Shown piece by piece: positions 1-8,423 of a stretch of DNA of 27,601 bases. The DNA is from Chthonomonas calidirosea (GTDB lineage: Bacteria > Armatimonadota > Fimbriimonadia > Fimbriimonadales > Fimbriimonadaceae). Both the position numbers and the translations under genes were made by a program. The notes under the pieces are model-generated. The model worked only from the letters and a program-made list of their open reading frames with translations, was not told the DNA's origin and searched no databases. The stretch is taken from the NCBI GenBank assembly GCA_945859975.1, contig CAMAPH010000037.1, forward strand, positions 1 to 27,601, in the 5' to 3' direction. Within the stretch, counting starts at the first letter, position 1; each line of letters opens with the position of its first letter.

Positions 1-27
1 CTCAGATCGAGACGCACGGGCTGATTC

Positions 28-1332
28 ATGACACCGCTTCTCTTATTCGCTAGTCTCGTGGCCGTTGCGCCACCCATCGTCATACAGTCGGCACGGATCG
101 AAGTTGGAAACGGCCAAGTGATTCCGGTCGGGAACATCGTCATCCAGGACGATAAGATTGTTGCTGTCGGTCCAGACGTCCAAGTACCGGCGGGCGCTAC
201 GGTCATTAACGGAGCGGGCCTCACGGTTTATCCCGGCTTCATCGATGCCTACAGCACCTCTGGGCTGAAGCTTCCGACGCCGCTGGCCAGCGGCACCAAG
301 CAACCGGACACCCGGAACACCGCACCGGCGACGATGTGGAAGGAGAACCGACGCGGCAACCGAGCCGACGTCAAAGCGGTGATGCACTTGGACCTGAAGG
401 CTCCTTACGGGGATCGGCAGGAGAACGGCGTGACTTCCCTGCTGCTGAGCTCGGGCGATGGCACGATTAGCGGAACCGCGGGAATCGTAAACCTGGGCGC
501 GGAGCCGAAGGTGCTTGCGGGCGAAGTCGCGACGGAGATCAATTTCCGGTCCAGCGGTGGATTCCGCGGTGGGGACGAGATGGCGGGTGGCCAGGGACGA
601 CAACAGTCACCAGCAGCCGATCCGGGCTACACGTATCCGCAGACGCCGTTCGGCGTGTTTGCGCTGTTGCGACAGACGCTCTATGACGCGAAGGCTTATG
701 CGGCCAAGACGCCAAGCAAGGCAGACCCGAGTTATGAGGGCTTGAAGCCGCTCGTCACTGGAAAAATTCCCGCGCTCTACTCGATTGCGAACTCCAGAGA
801 TATTGCTCGGGCGGCACGATATGCGGAGGAATTTGGCTACAAATTTATCGTTAACGGTGGGATTGATACCTACCGAATGATTCCGACGCTGAAGAAGCAC
901 AGCGTGCCCGTGGTCATCAACTTGGACTTCACGGACGAGCCAACGCGCAAAGAAAGCGAGGGTCGCGATGCGACTCCAGCGGCCGTTCTGGAAGATCGCT
1001 GGAAGACTTGGAACGAGCGAAACGCGAATGCGAAGCTTCTTAGCCAGGCTGGGATTCCGCTGGCGTTCCGAGGCAGTCTTGGCACAAAGGGGTATCTCAG
1101 CGGCGTGCGCAAGGCGATCAGCTACGGGGTTCCTCGCGAAGTGGCCCTGCGCTCGATGACGCTGGGAGCGGCGGAGATTTTTGGCGTTGGAGACAAGGTC
1201 GGTTCGATTGAGCCGGGCAAGCTCGCCAACCTCGTTTTGATGAACGGAGACTTTGCGGTGGAATCGAAGACCGTGGTTTCGGTGATTGTGGAGGGCAAGC
1301 AGATTGCCGTTGGAGCGAAGCCAGCTAAATGA
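28..1332 (+). CDS. Secreted amidohydrolase-superfamily protein, probably non-catalytic
   Basis: 434 aa with an N-terminal hydrophobic signal. Amidohydrolase beta-sandwich/TIM-barrel signatures (TVYPGFIDAYS, GSIEPGKLANLV). The HxH metal ligands are replaced by AYS. Confidence 0.8.
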   Translation: MTPLLLFASLVAVAPPIVIQSARIEVGNGQVIPVGNIVIQDDKIVAVGPDVQVPAGATVINGAGLTVYPGFIDAYSTSGLKLPTPLASGTKQPDTRNTAPATMWKENRRGNRADVKAVMHLDLKAPYGDRQENGVTSLLLSSGDGTISGTAGIVNLGAEPKVLAGEVATEINFRSSGGFRGGDEMAGGQGRQQSPAADPGYTYPQTPFGVFALLRQTLYDAKAYAAKTPSKADPSYEGLKPLVTGKIPALYSIANSRDIARAARYAEEFGYKFIVNGGIDTYRMIPTLKKHSVPVVINLDFTDEPTRKESEGRDATPAAVLEDRWKTWNERNANAKLLSQAGIPLAFRGSLGTKGYLSGVRKAISYGVPREVALRSMTLGAAEIFGVGDKVGSIEPGKLANLVLMNGDFAVESKTVVSVIVEGKQIAVGAKPAK

Positions 1333-3980
1333 AATATCTATCCTTAATTGCAACTACCGCGCTCGGCATCGTGCTCGCGGGTTCGGCGGCGGCACAGACC
1401 GCAATGGCGGCGCCGAAGGCACCGGCAGACGGCCCAGACAAGTCCTGGCCAGTTGAAACTTCGGCAGACCGGAAGCCAAGGCTAAAGACCAACGGCGACG
1501 TTTTCATCAAAGGCGCGCGGATTCTCACTGCTTCTCACGGAACGATTGAGAAGGGCAACATCTTGGTTCGAAAGGGCAAGATCGTCGCGATTGGCAACAT
1601 CGCTCAGCCCGCCGGAATCACCGTTATCGACGCCACTGGCAAGGTGGTTAGCCCCGGAATCGTCGACACCCACGTTCACCGCGGCGCGGACGTGACGAAC
1701 GAAGGCAGCGACTCGATTGTTGCCGAGGCGCGGATTCTTGACGTGCTTAACCCCGAGTTGAAGAACGTTTGGCAGGCGGTTGCTTCCGGCGAAACGACCG
1801 GGATGCTGCTTCACGGCAGCGCGAACCCAGTCGGTGCCGAGAGCTTGGTGATCAAGTTCAAGTACGGGGCAAATCCTGACGAGGCGACGATTTCCGATGC
1901 GCCACGCATGATCAAGTTCGCGCTGGGCGAGAACGTGACGCGGTCGGGCGGCACGAACCCAACGCGGTTCCCGCGCACCCGAATGGGCGTGGAAGCTACC
2001 TATCGCCGAGCCTTCTTGGCGGCGAAGGACTACAAAAAGAAGTGGGCTGACTTCCGGGAAGGCAAAACGAAGACGGCGCCAGAGATGGACCTTCGATTGC
2101 AAACCCTGGCCGACATTCTGGACCGGAAGGTTTGGATTCAGTGCCACGGATACCGGGCCGACGAGCACCTGATGCTGGTTCGATTGAGCCAGGAATTTGG
2201 CTTCAAGATCGGAGCTTTGCAGCACGCGGTTGAGACCTACAAGATTGCGCCGGAGCTCGCGGCGGCGGGGATTGGAGTCTCGGTCTTTGATGCTTACGCA
2301 TCGAAGCTGGAAATTTACGACGGTATCTCGGCCTACTCGGCGGCGGTTCTGAACAAGGCTGGCGTTTTGACTTCGTTCCACACCGACGGGACAAGTGGAA
2401 CGACGGCCATCGCGATCAATGCGGCGAAGGCGATGCGATGCGGCGGACTTTCGGAAGAAGAGGCGCTCAAGCTGATCACGCTGAACCCGGCTAAAGAGCT
2501 CGGAATTGACCACCGCGTGGGATCGATTGATGTTGGCAAGGATGCCGACCTCGTCATTTGGAACGGCCACCCGCTCAGCGTATATTCGCGAGTTAACACC
2601 ACCCTCATTGAGGGCGAGGTGTACTTCCAGGAGAAGGATTCGTTCAACCTGAAGGCCAAGAGCACGTTCAAAACGAAGCTCGATAGCTTCAAATACGTGC
2701 CGAATCCTCCAGTTCCGGCGAAGTCGAACGTGTACGCGATTGTTGGAGGCACGGTTCATACCGTCGCGGGTCCGACGATTGCCAACGGCACGGTTCTGGT
2801 TCGAAACGGGAAGATTGCAGCGGTTGGGCAAAAGCTGGCGGTGCCAGCCGGTGCAGTTGTCGTCAACGCGGCAGGAATGCACGTCTATCCTGGGTTCATC
2901 GACGCCGGGACGCAGATTGGCTTGACGGAGTTTGGTCAGGTCGGACAGGCGACCGACGCGCGAGAGCTGGGTAACTATCAGCCCGACCTTGTTGCGGCCA
3001 CGGCGGTTAATGTCCAGTCGATCCACATTCCGGTGGCGCGTGTTCAGGGGATTACGACGGTCTTTACCGCCCCTTCCAGCGGCGCCATTGCCGGGTTCGG
3101 CTCCGTGCTGAACCTGCTCGGCGGTTCGCGTGAGGAGATGACGCTTTCGGCGAAGGCAGCGCTCACGATCAACTGGCCCGGAGGCGGTCCGAGCAACTTT
3201 GGATTCGACTTTGGAACGGAAGAAGCCGAGGTGTTTCATGACGACGGCGATGGCCACTTGACGGCAGGCGGCCAGGGTGCGTCTGCCCCGCTCACCGGCA
3301 GCGCGAAGGCGCTCGATGACTACTTCGAGAAAGCGGCGGCCTATGGCCGAGCGCACACGGAAACCGACGCCGCGTATGAAGCCATGCAACCGCTGTTCCG
3401 ACAGCAGGCCACCGTGTTCATCCGGGTTCGAAGCGCAACCGCGATTCGAGAAGCAGTGTCCTTCATCAAGAAGCGCAAGCTGAAGGCCGTACTGGTCGCT
3501 GCGCCAGATGCTTGGAAGGAAGCGAAGCTGTTAGCCGACGAGAAGATTCCGGTCATCATCGAGCCCGCCGGGCGAGCCTTGCTTACGGCGAACGTCACGA
3601 CGAGCGATTGGGATCCATACGAGACGCCATACGCCTTGCCCGCCCTGTTGGAGCGAGCGGGGGTCAAGTTCGCGTTTATGTCGGACACGTATGCCGAAGT
3701 CATGAACCTGCCCCACCGGTCGGCGGAATCGGTGGCTTACGGGCTTTCTAAGGCTCGACACTTGCGGGCGCTGACTCAGGATGCGGCGGATATTCTGGGC
3801 GTTGGCGACAAGCTCGGCTCACTCTCGGCGGGCAAGATTGCGAACATCGTGATCAGCGATGGCGATGCCTTCGAGCTGACCTCGAATATTCGCTACGTGT
3901 TCATCAACGGAAAGCCGGTGCTGCTAAAGAGCAAGCACACGGAGCTTCGCGATGAGTACCTTGCGCGATTGAAGAAGTAA
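1329..3980 (+). CDS. Secreted two-domain amidohydrolase-family protein
   Basis: 883 aa, signal peptide (..GSAAAQ), ATGA overlap with the upstream gene. Domain 1 has PGIVDTHVH, KFALGEN, CHGY, QHAVE, HTD. Domain 2 has PGFIDAGT (no His) and GSLSAGKIANIV. Confidence 0.85.
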   Translation: MKYLSLIATTALGIVLAGSAAAQTAMAAPKAPADGPDKSWPVETSADRKPRLKTNGDVFIKGARILTASHGTIEKGNILVRKGKIVAIGNIAQPAGITVIDATGKVVSPGIVDTHVHRGADVTNEGSDSIVAEARILDVLNPELKNVWQAVASGETTGMLLHGSANPVGAESLVIKFKYGANPDEATISDAPRMIKFALGENVTRSGGTNPTRFPRTRMGVEATYRRAFLAAKDYKKKWADFREGKTKTAPEMDLRLQTLADILDRKVWIQCHGYRADEHLMLVRLSQEFGFKIGALQHAVETYKIAPELAAAGIGVSVFDAYASKLEIYDGISAYSAAVLNKAGVLTSFHTDGTSGTTAIAINAAKAMRCGGLSEEEALKLITLNPAKELGIDHRVGSIDVGKDADLVIWNGHPLSVYSRVNTTLIEGEVYFQEKDSFNLKAKSTFKTKLDSFKYVPNPPVPAKSNVYAIVGGTVHTVAGPTIANGTVLVRNGKIAAVGQKLAVPAGAVVVNAAGMHVYPGFIDAGTQIGLTEFGQVGQATDARELGNYQPDLVAATAVNVQSIHIPVARVQGITTVFTAPSSGAIAGFGSVLNLLGGSREEMTLSAKAALTINWPGGGPSNFGFDFGTEEAEVFHDDGDGHLTAGGQGASAPLTGSAKALDDYFEKAAAYGRAHTETDAAYEAMQPLFRQQATVFIRVRSATAIREAVSFIKKRKLKAVLVAAPDAWKEAKLLADEKIPVIIEPAGRALLTANVTTSDWDPYETPYALPALLERAGVKFAFMSDTYAEVMNLPHRSAESVAYGLSKARHLRALTQDAADILGVGDKLGSLSAGKIANIVISDGDAFELTSNIRYVFINGKPVLLKSKHTELRDEYLARLKK

Positions 3981-3988
3981 GGACCACG

Positions 3989-4016
3989 GTCTGGCCGGGA
4001 GGATTCCCGGCCAGAC
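3989..4016 (+). terminator. GC-rich hairpin, probable terminator or mRNA 3' stabiliser
   Basis: gtctggccggga-ggat-tcccggccagac is a perfect 12-bp stem 8 nt after the stop of the amidohydrolase pair. No U-tract. Confidence 0.55.
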
Positions 4017-4031
4017 ACTCCGTAGGACGCA

Positions 4032-5057
4032 ATGACTGAAGATGTAACTTATTACACGATCATTGCGCTCTCATTTTTGGGGGGAGGTGTGCTTCATCTA
4101 CTACTCCGGAATGTTGGACAGACACTAGCTACCTGGATGCTAGGCTTTGAGTTAGAACACATTGTTCTGCTAGGCGTACCCATTCTCAGGCCCATTCCTG
4201 GCTGGAACCATAATCGATTTGCAACCTTTGTCTCCGCCATTCCAATCCGGCCATCGAGGGAAAGACTTGTGTGCTTCTATGTTTCAGGACACATTTTCAG
4301 CCTAACGCTTATTACGATAGCTTTCGTCTATTACTTCAACACTCGGCCGGCTTTACCATCCGAGGTGATCATAGGGATGCTCTGCTATGCCAGCATTGCC
4401 CTCGGGGATCTTGCATTCCAGATAACACGGCCACCATCGGATCAGAAGGAAACAATCGTTCAAGCAATTCGGGATCTCAACGTCTATCCGCACTGGCGCA
4501 TTTCAAATTTTGAAGTTGACTATGCTCTGAGGGATACGGGCAAACTTCGGCCTTCACAATATCCCGAAGAGACTTTTGAACGGTTGAGCCAGATTGAGAG
4601 GTACCCGTACGTCTACTGGCTATATCGTTTCTACAGTCTGATGGATTCCAATCGTGTCGAAGAAGCAAGGCCGTGTCTTCAGAAAGCATACGAGCTTGCG
4701 AACCAACTCGCACAATTTACTCCTTTCACGATTACCATTTTTTACGAGACCGCAATGTACACCGCGAGGTTCGAACAGAACTTTGAGGTCAGCACGGAGG
4801 CTTTACAAAGGGCCAAGCGACTCACGAAAGATGATCTCAACCGTTGGACTGCAGTCGCAGCCCGGGCCTATGTGCGCAATCACATCCCTTTTGCAACGAG
4901 CCTTCTGACCACCGCCCTCCGAACTTTCCGGCCCAATCGCGAAGACACACCTCAACTTTACGATCACGCCTTGGAGTGGTTTGAGCGCATCGTGCCTGGA
5001 TTCACGGAGACATTACCGGAGGAACTGAGAAGCTTCAGTGATACAATAACTGACTAA
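4032..5057 (+). CDS. Membrane protein, degenerate paralog of the adjacent M50-like protein
   Basis: 341 aa with an AGGA SD. N-terminal TM segments and a helical C-terminus. Shares SGH(I/L)FS, AMYxARF, AVAARAYxRNH and LxWxERIxPGF with 5136-6179 but has RNVGQ in place of HELGH. Confidence 0.7.
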   Translation: MTEDVTYYTIIALSFLGGGVLHLLLRNVGQTLATWMLGFELEHIVLLGVPILRPIPGWNHNRFATFVSAIPIRPSRERLVCFYVSGHIFSLTLITIAFVYYFNTRPALPSEVIIGMLCYASIALGDLAFQITRPPSDQKETIVQAIRDLNVYPHWRISNFEVDYALRDTGKLRPSQYPEETFERLSQIERYPYVYWLYRFYSLMDSNRVEEARPCLQKAYELANQLAQFTPFTITIFYETAMYTARFEQNFEVSTEALQRAKRLTKDDLNRWTAVAARAYVRNHIPFATSLLTTALRTFRPNREDTPQLYDHALEWFERIVPGFTETLPEELRSFSDTITD

Positions 5058-5082
5058 CTCTGAACTTCGCGGCCTGTCAATG

Positions 5083-5136
5083 TTCACAATCATGGAGCTT
5101 CGACTTTCACAACCGGATGCCCTAAGGATTTCACAA
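5083..5136 (+). repeat. Three direct TTCACAA repeats in an intergenic leader
   Basis: TTCACAA starts at 5083, 5106 and 5130 (23 and 24 nt spacing). The last copy ends on the A of the start codon. Confidence 0.5.
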
Positions 5137-6179
5137 TGAGCGATAGGATGGAGCACATTCTAACAAAAGTACTCGCTGGGTGCGCGGGCGCGCTGCTCGT
5201 CAGCGTGGTCCACGAACTGGGCCACGTCTTTGCGGCGTTGCTTAGGCGTTTCACGGTTCATACCGTTGCGGTGCTACACATACCGCTTTACATTCGGAAC
5301 CGAAAGTTACCGATCCGGTATAAACACGAGTCCTACGTGGTTGCGTCGAAGGCAAATCCGACAATCAAAGACATTACTTGGTTCATTGTCAGTGGTCATC
5401 TCTTTAGCTTTACCTCGGGAGTCCTCGCCCTGCTGTTTTTCGCAGCAAATCGATCGTGGCTAGAGCTACCGGCCCAGTTTGGACTCGTTTCTTATGGTTC
5501 CGTTTCCGTGATTACTCTGATTGTTGAGCCATTCATTAGGCTCTCCAACGGTCTGAGAACGGATACGCAAAATTTGATCGCAATTCAAAAGCAACCAGAC
5601 GCTGTCGTCGCGACCTGGGGCATGTTTCACGCTTTAGAAAGCTATTCGCGAAAACGTCCAGCGGAGATACCGGATGCGGTTTTAGGCAGATTACGGCTGA
5701 TGGCAGACTATCCCCATCTATACTCCCTGTTTCGGTTTCACAAGCACATGGACCGTGCTGAAGTTAAGGAAGCACAATCTTTTCTTGAACAGGCTTACCA
5801 AATTGTGATTGAGGACGACTCCAAAGATTACTTTGCTTTAGCGGCAAGATTTGATGCAGCAATGTACTTTGCTCGGTTTGGAGGAGATTGGAGATTGTCA
5901 ACGACAGCATATCGAGCGGTCAAGCAGGTTGATAAGAAGCACCGGGGGCGCTACTCTGCGGTTGCGGCGCGAGCGTATGCCCGCAATCACAAAGAGATCG
6001 CCTATCAGATTTCAGCTCATTCTGCAAAGCAGGTCGCTTCTGTTAAGCAAACTGATCCTGAGCTTTACGAGTATGTGCTGGACTGGCACGAGCGGATCAT
6101 CCCCGGCTTTCGAGACCGCTATATCTCAGAGTCAAGACATGCTGGTAAGGAAAAACGAAAGTGGCGCCTCTTCGGCTAG
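5136..6179 (+). CDS. M50 (site-2 protease)-like membrane metalloprotease with helical C-terminal domain
   Basis: 347 aa with an AAGGA SD. VVHELGHVFAA sits in the first TM. NGLRTDTQ after the last TM lies where the third-ligand Asp (DG motif) of M50 enzymes falls. Confidence 0.65.
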   Translation: MSDRMEHILTKVLAGCAGALLVSVVHELGHVFAALLRRFTVHTVAVLHIPLYIRNRKLPIRYKHESYVVASKANPTIKDITWFIVSGHLFSFTSGVLALLFFAANRSWLELPAQFGLVSYGSVSVITLIVEPFIRLSNGLRTDTQNLIAIQKQPDAVVATWGMFHALESYSRKRPAEIPDAVLGRLRLMADYPHLYSLFRFHKHMDRAEVKEAQSFLEQAYQIVIEDDSKDYFALAARFDAAMYFARFGGDWRLSTTAYRAVKQVDKKHRGRYSAVAARAYARNHKEIAYQISAHSAKQVASVKQTDPELYEYVLDWHERIIPGFRDRYISESRHAGKEKRKWRLFG

Positions 6180-6206
6180 TCGCCGAAGAAACCCCACAAG
6201 CGCAAT

Positions 6207-7073
6207 TTATCGGTTGAAAGGAACGAAGACCAGCGACGCCGACTTGTAGGCGTTGTTCATTTGGGCCGAGAAGCTGAACTTTTGCAACATGTTCCTGGAT
6301 TGGTTCATGGAGAGCAGGCCAGTTCCTCGCCCCGTGACCGTGCGTCCTTTTACGATCATTTGGCGGATGGTCAGTTGGTAGTCTCGTCCACTCTTCAGAT
6401 AGATGCCACTGAGGTCGACGGTGGAGGCACCTGACAAGCGAAGGCTGAACGATTTCGCCTTGTTCATCTTCAAGTCGAGATTCGTAATCTCAACGCGGTC
6501 GCCGTTACCGAACTTGATCACGCCTTCACCATTTACGGTAGCGTTCGCAGTGGACCCGACTTGCTGCTTATAGGAGTCGCTTTCCGCGACTTCGCCAAGC
6601 GATCGGTACATAGACATCGAGAAATTCTTTCCGTAGAACGCGGTGGTGTAGTCCGACGTTATCATCCTTTCACCTTGCTTTCTAAACTCGATGAAAGTGG
6701 TGGCCCTTGTCGTCTTACCACCCACAACCAGACTCGTGAATCTTGCCACGGCCATTCCGCTTTCTAGCTTCCAGGTACCGATTTGCTGAATCGAGCTGTC
6801 TTGGGCTAAGGATCGAATCACCGTGCCGTATTGCTGCACATCGGCCGCCGACCCTTTGGAAGCTCCGTCACGGAAGAGAGCAAGTTTTGCGATGCCGTTG
6901 TTTGCGAGGATCAGCTTAACTTTGATGGTGCCTTCCCCTTCGGTTGACATCAGGGGATATTCGCTTCGAAACACGCCGGAGTGGGACTGCGTTTCGGTCT
7001 GATTGGTTTGGGGGGCGCTGAATGGCGTAGGCAACGCGGCAGCAAGGGCAAGACTCACAAGGGAAATGGACAT
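6207..7073 (-). CDS. Secreted hypothetical beta-rich protein
   Basis: 288 aa with a signal peptide (MSISLVSLALAAA) and alternating beta-strand patterning. It fills the gap between flanking genes. Confidence 0.7.
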   Translation of the reverse strand: MSISLVSLALAAALPTPFSAPQTNQTETQSHSGVFRSEYPLMSTEGEGTIKVKLILANNGIAKLALFRDGASKGSAADVQQYGTVIRSLAQDSSIQQIGTWKLESGMAVARFTSLVVGGKTTRATTFIEFRKQGERMITSDYTTAFYGKNFSMSMYRSLGEVAESDSYKQQVGSTANATVNGEGVIKFGNGDRVEITNLDLKMNKAKSFSLRLSGASTVDLSGIYLKSGRDYQLTIRQMIVKGRTVTGRGTGLLSMNQSRNMLQKFSFSAQMNNAYKSASLVFVPFNR

Positions 7074-7223
7074 TTCAGGTTCCTAGGTTGCTTTCTCTAA
7101 CCTATGAAATTCCCCGGGAAAGCAGATGAACTGAGAAACTACGGAAGCAGGAATATCCTACTCTTGCCTTTATAGTGACACGATATCTTGCGACCAGAAC
7201 CGCAAAAGTCCCGACTTTCTGAT

Positions 7224-8390
7224 TTACTCCGCAACTATCGGCACGCCGCCTACTGCGCTTACCGCAAATACGTAATCGTCTTTGTGATACTTGGGCAGTA
7301 GTGCTTCTAAACCCTTAACCGTGGTAGCACCTTGCCAAGTTGGGCTCGTGGTCAGTCGCCAATAGACGCGATACTCCTGTCCGGCGTTCCCTTTCCACGT
7401 CACGCGACTCTCGTACCCTTGGCGTCGGTCGACTCGAACCTGGGTCGGGGCGGCTTCGGCGTTGGCAAAGTGGGCGAGCATTCGCAGGTTCAACCGCGTG
7501 TTCTCGCCGTGATAGCGCCAGTCCATGAACTCGGGGAGGTCCTGATCGGTGTGCTGGTGGCTGTACTCCTCGTGCTGCTCGACGACGCGAATGGCGGTAA
7601 AGCCTTCGCGGTTGAACGGCGTGTGGTCGCCACCGCGACCGAAGCGATCGCGCCGGAACACAAGATTGATGCGGTGCTTCGAACCGCTTTCGCGCTGGAG
7701 GAACTCCATAACGCGCGCAAGTTCTCGGCCCGCGTGGGTTTCGGTTTCTTCGCTGAACACGCGCACCGCATTGGCTTCCTTATCTCCCCGCTTGTTCTGG
7801 CTGTTGGCAATCATGTCGTTGCTCAGCACGGCGTCAATCGTCCAGGCTTCCGCTTTGGCGCGCTTGGCGAGGGCGGTGGAGCCCAAGAGGCCCTGCTCTT
7901 CGCCCGAGAAGGCGATGAAGTGCAGGGTGCGCTTGAACTTTTGCTGGCTAAGAATACGGGCACATTCCAATGCGGCCGCAACTCCGCTTGCGTCGTCATT
8001 TGCACCAGGTGCCTTGCCGGATATTCCTTCAGGCCCCATATTGATCGTGTCGAGGTGTCCGCCAATGGCGATTCGGTGGGCCTTAAGCGTCGGGTCGGTA
8101 CCCGGCAAAGTAGCGATGACCTGAACGACTTCTTTGGTCTCCGGAACGCGTTGACCCTTTTGGATCTCGTACTTCATGATCTCGACCTCGATGCCGGGGA
8201 TCTGCCGAAACTCACCGGCGATCCAGTAGGCGGCTTCGGTTAGGGTCGGATTGTTGCTGTTCCGGTTTGGCCAGCTTGCCAGCTTCTCTACCGTTGCGCG
8301 CAGGCGCTTTTCATCGACTTGCTTCGCGAGGTCTTCGATGTTCAGGGTCGGGGTTGAGTTCATGAGGATGCAAGCCAGCGCGGTGATCAT
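7224..8390 (-). CDS. M28 family metallopeptidase, probably exported, with a short C-terminal beta domain
   Basis: GGHLDT, APGANDDASG, GEEQGLLGS, NDMI, GGDHTPF and HQHTDQD motifs. Confidence 0.9.
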   Translation of the reverse strand: MITALACILMNSTPTLNIEDLAKQVDEKRLRATVEKLASWPNRNSNNPTLTEAAYWIAGEFRQIPGIEVEIMKYEIQKGQRVPETKEVVQVIATLPGTDPTLKAHRIAIGGHLDTINMGPEGISGKAPGANDDASGVAAALECARILSQQKFKRTLHFIAFSGEEQGLLGSTALAKRAKAEAWTIDAVLSNDMIANSQNKRGDKEANAVRVFSEETETHAGRELARVMEFLQRESGSKHRINLVFRRDRFGRGGDHTPFNREGFTAIRVVEQHEEYSHQHTDQDLPEFMDWRYHGENTRLNLRMLAHFANAEAAPTQVRVDRRQGYESRVTWKGNAGQEYRVYWRLTTSPTWQGATTVKGLEALLPKYHKDDYVFAVSAVGGVPIVAE

Positions 8391-8423
8391 TTTTGCTCGA
8401 ATTTAGGATAACACGGGAATGCC

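Noticed and set aside
1482..3389. 635-aa minus-strand ORF, and similar long antisense ORFs at 8493-9527, 7332-8243, 23445-24263 and 26417-27262
   Set aside because: They lie opposite well-supported genes and have no recognisable motifs. Such shadow ORFs are expected in GC-rich coding DNA.
4020..6200. Mobile element or genomic island call for the AT-richer segment
   Set aside because: No transposase, integrase, terminal repeats or target duplication seen. Composition alone is insufficient.
7084..7218. Short inverted repeats (taggtt/aaccta; aaagtc/gacttt) in the AT-rich intergenic gap
   Set aside because: Only 6-bp arms, with no recognisable riboswitch or terminator pattern.
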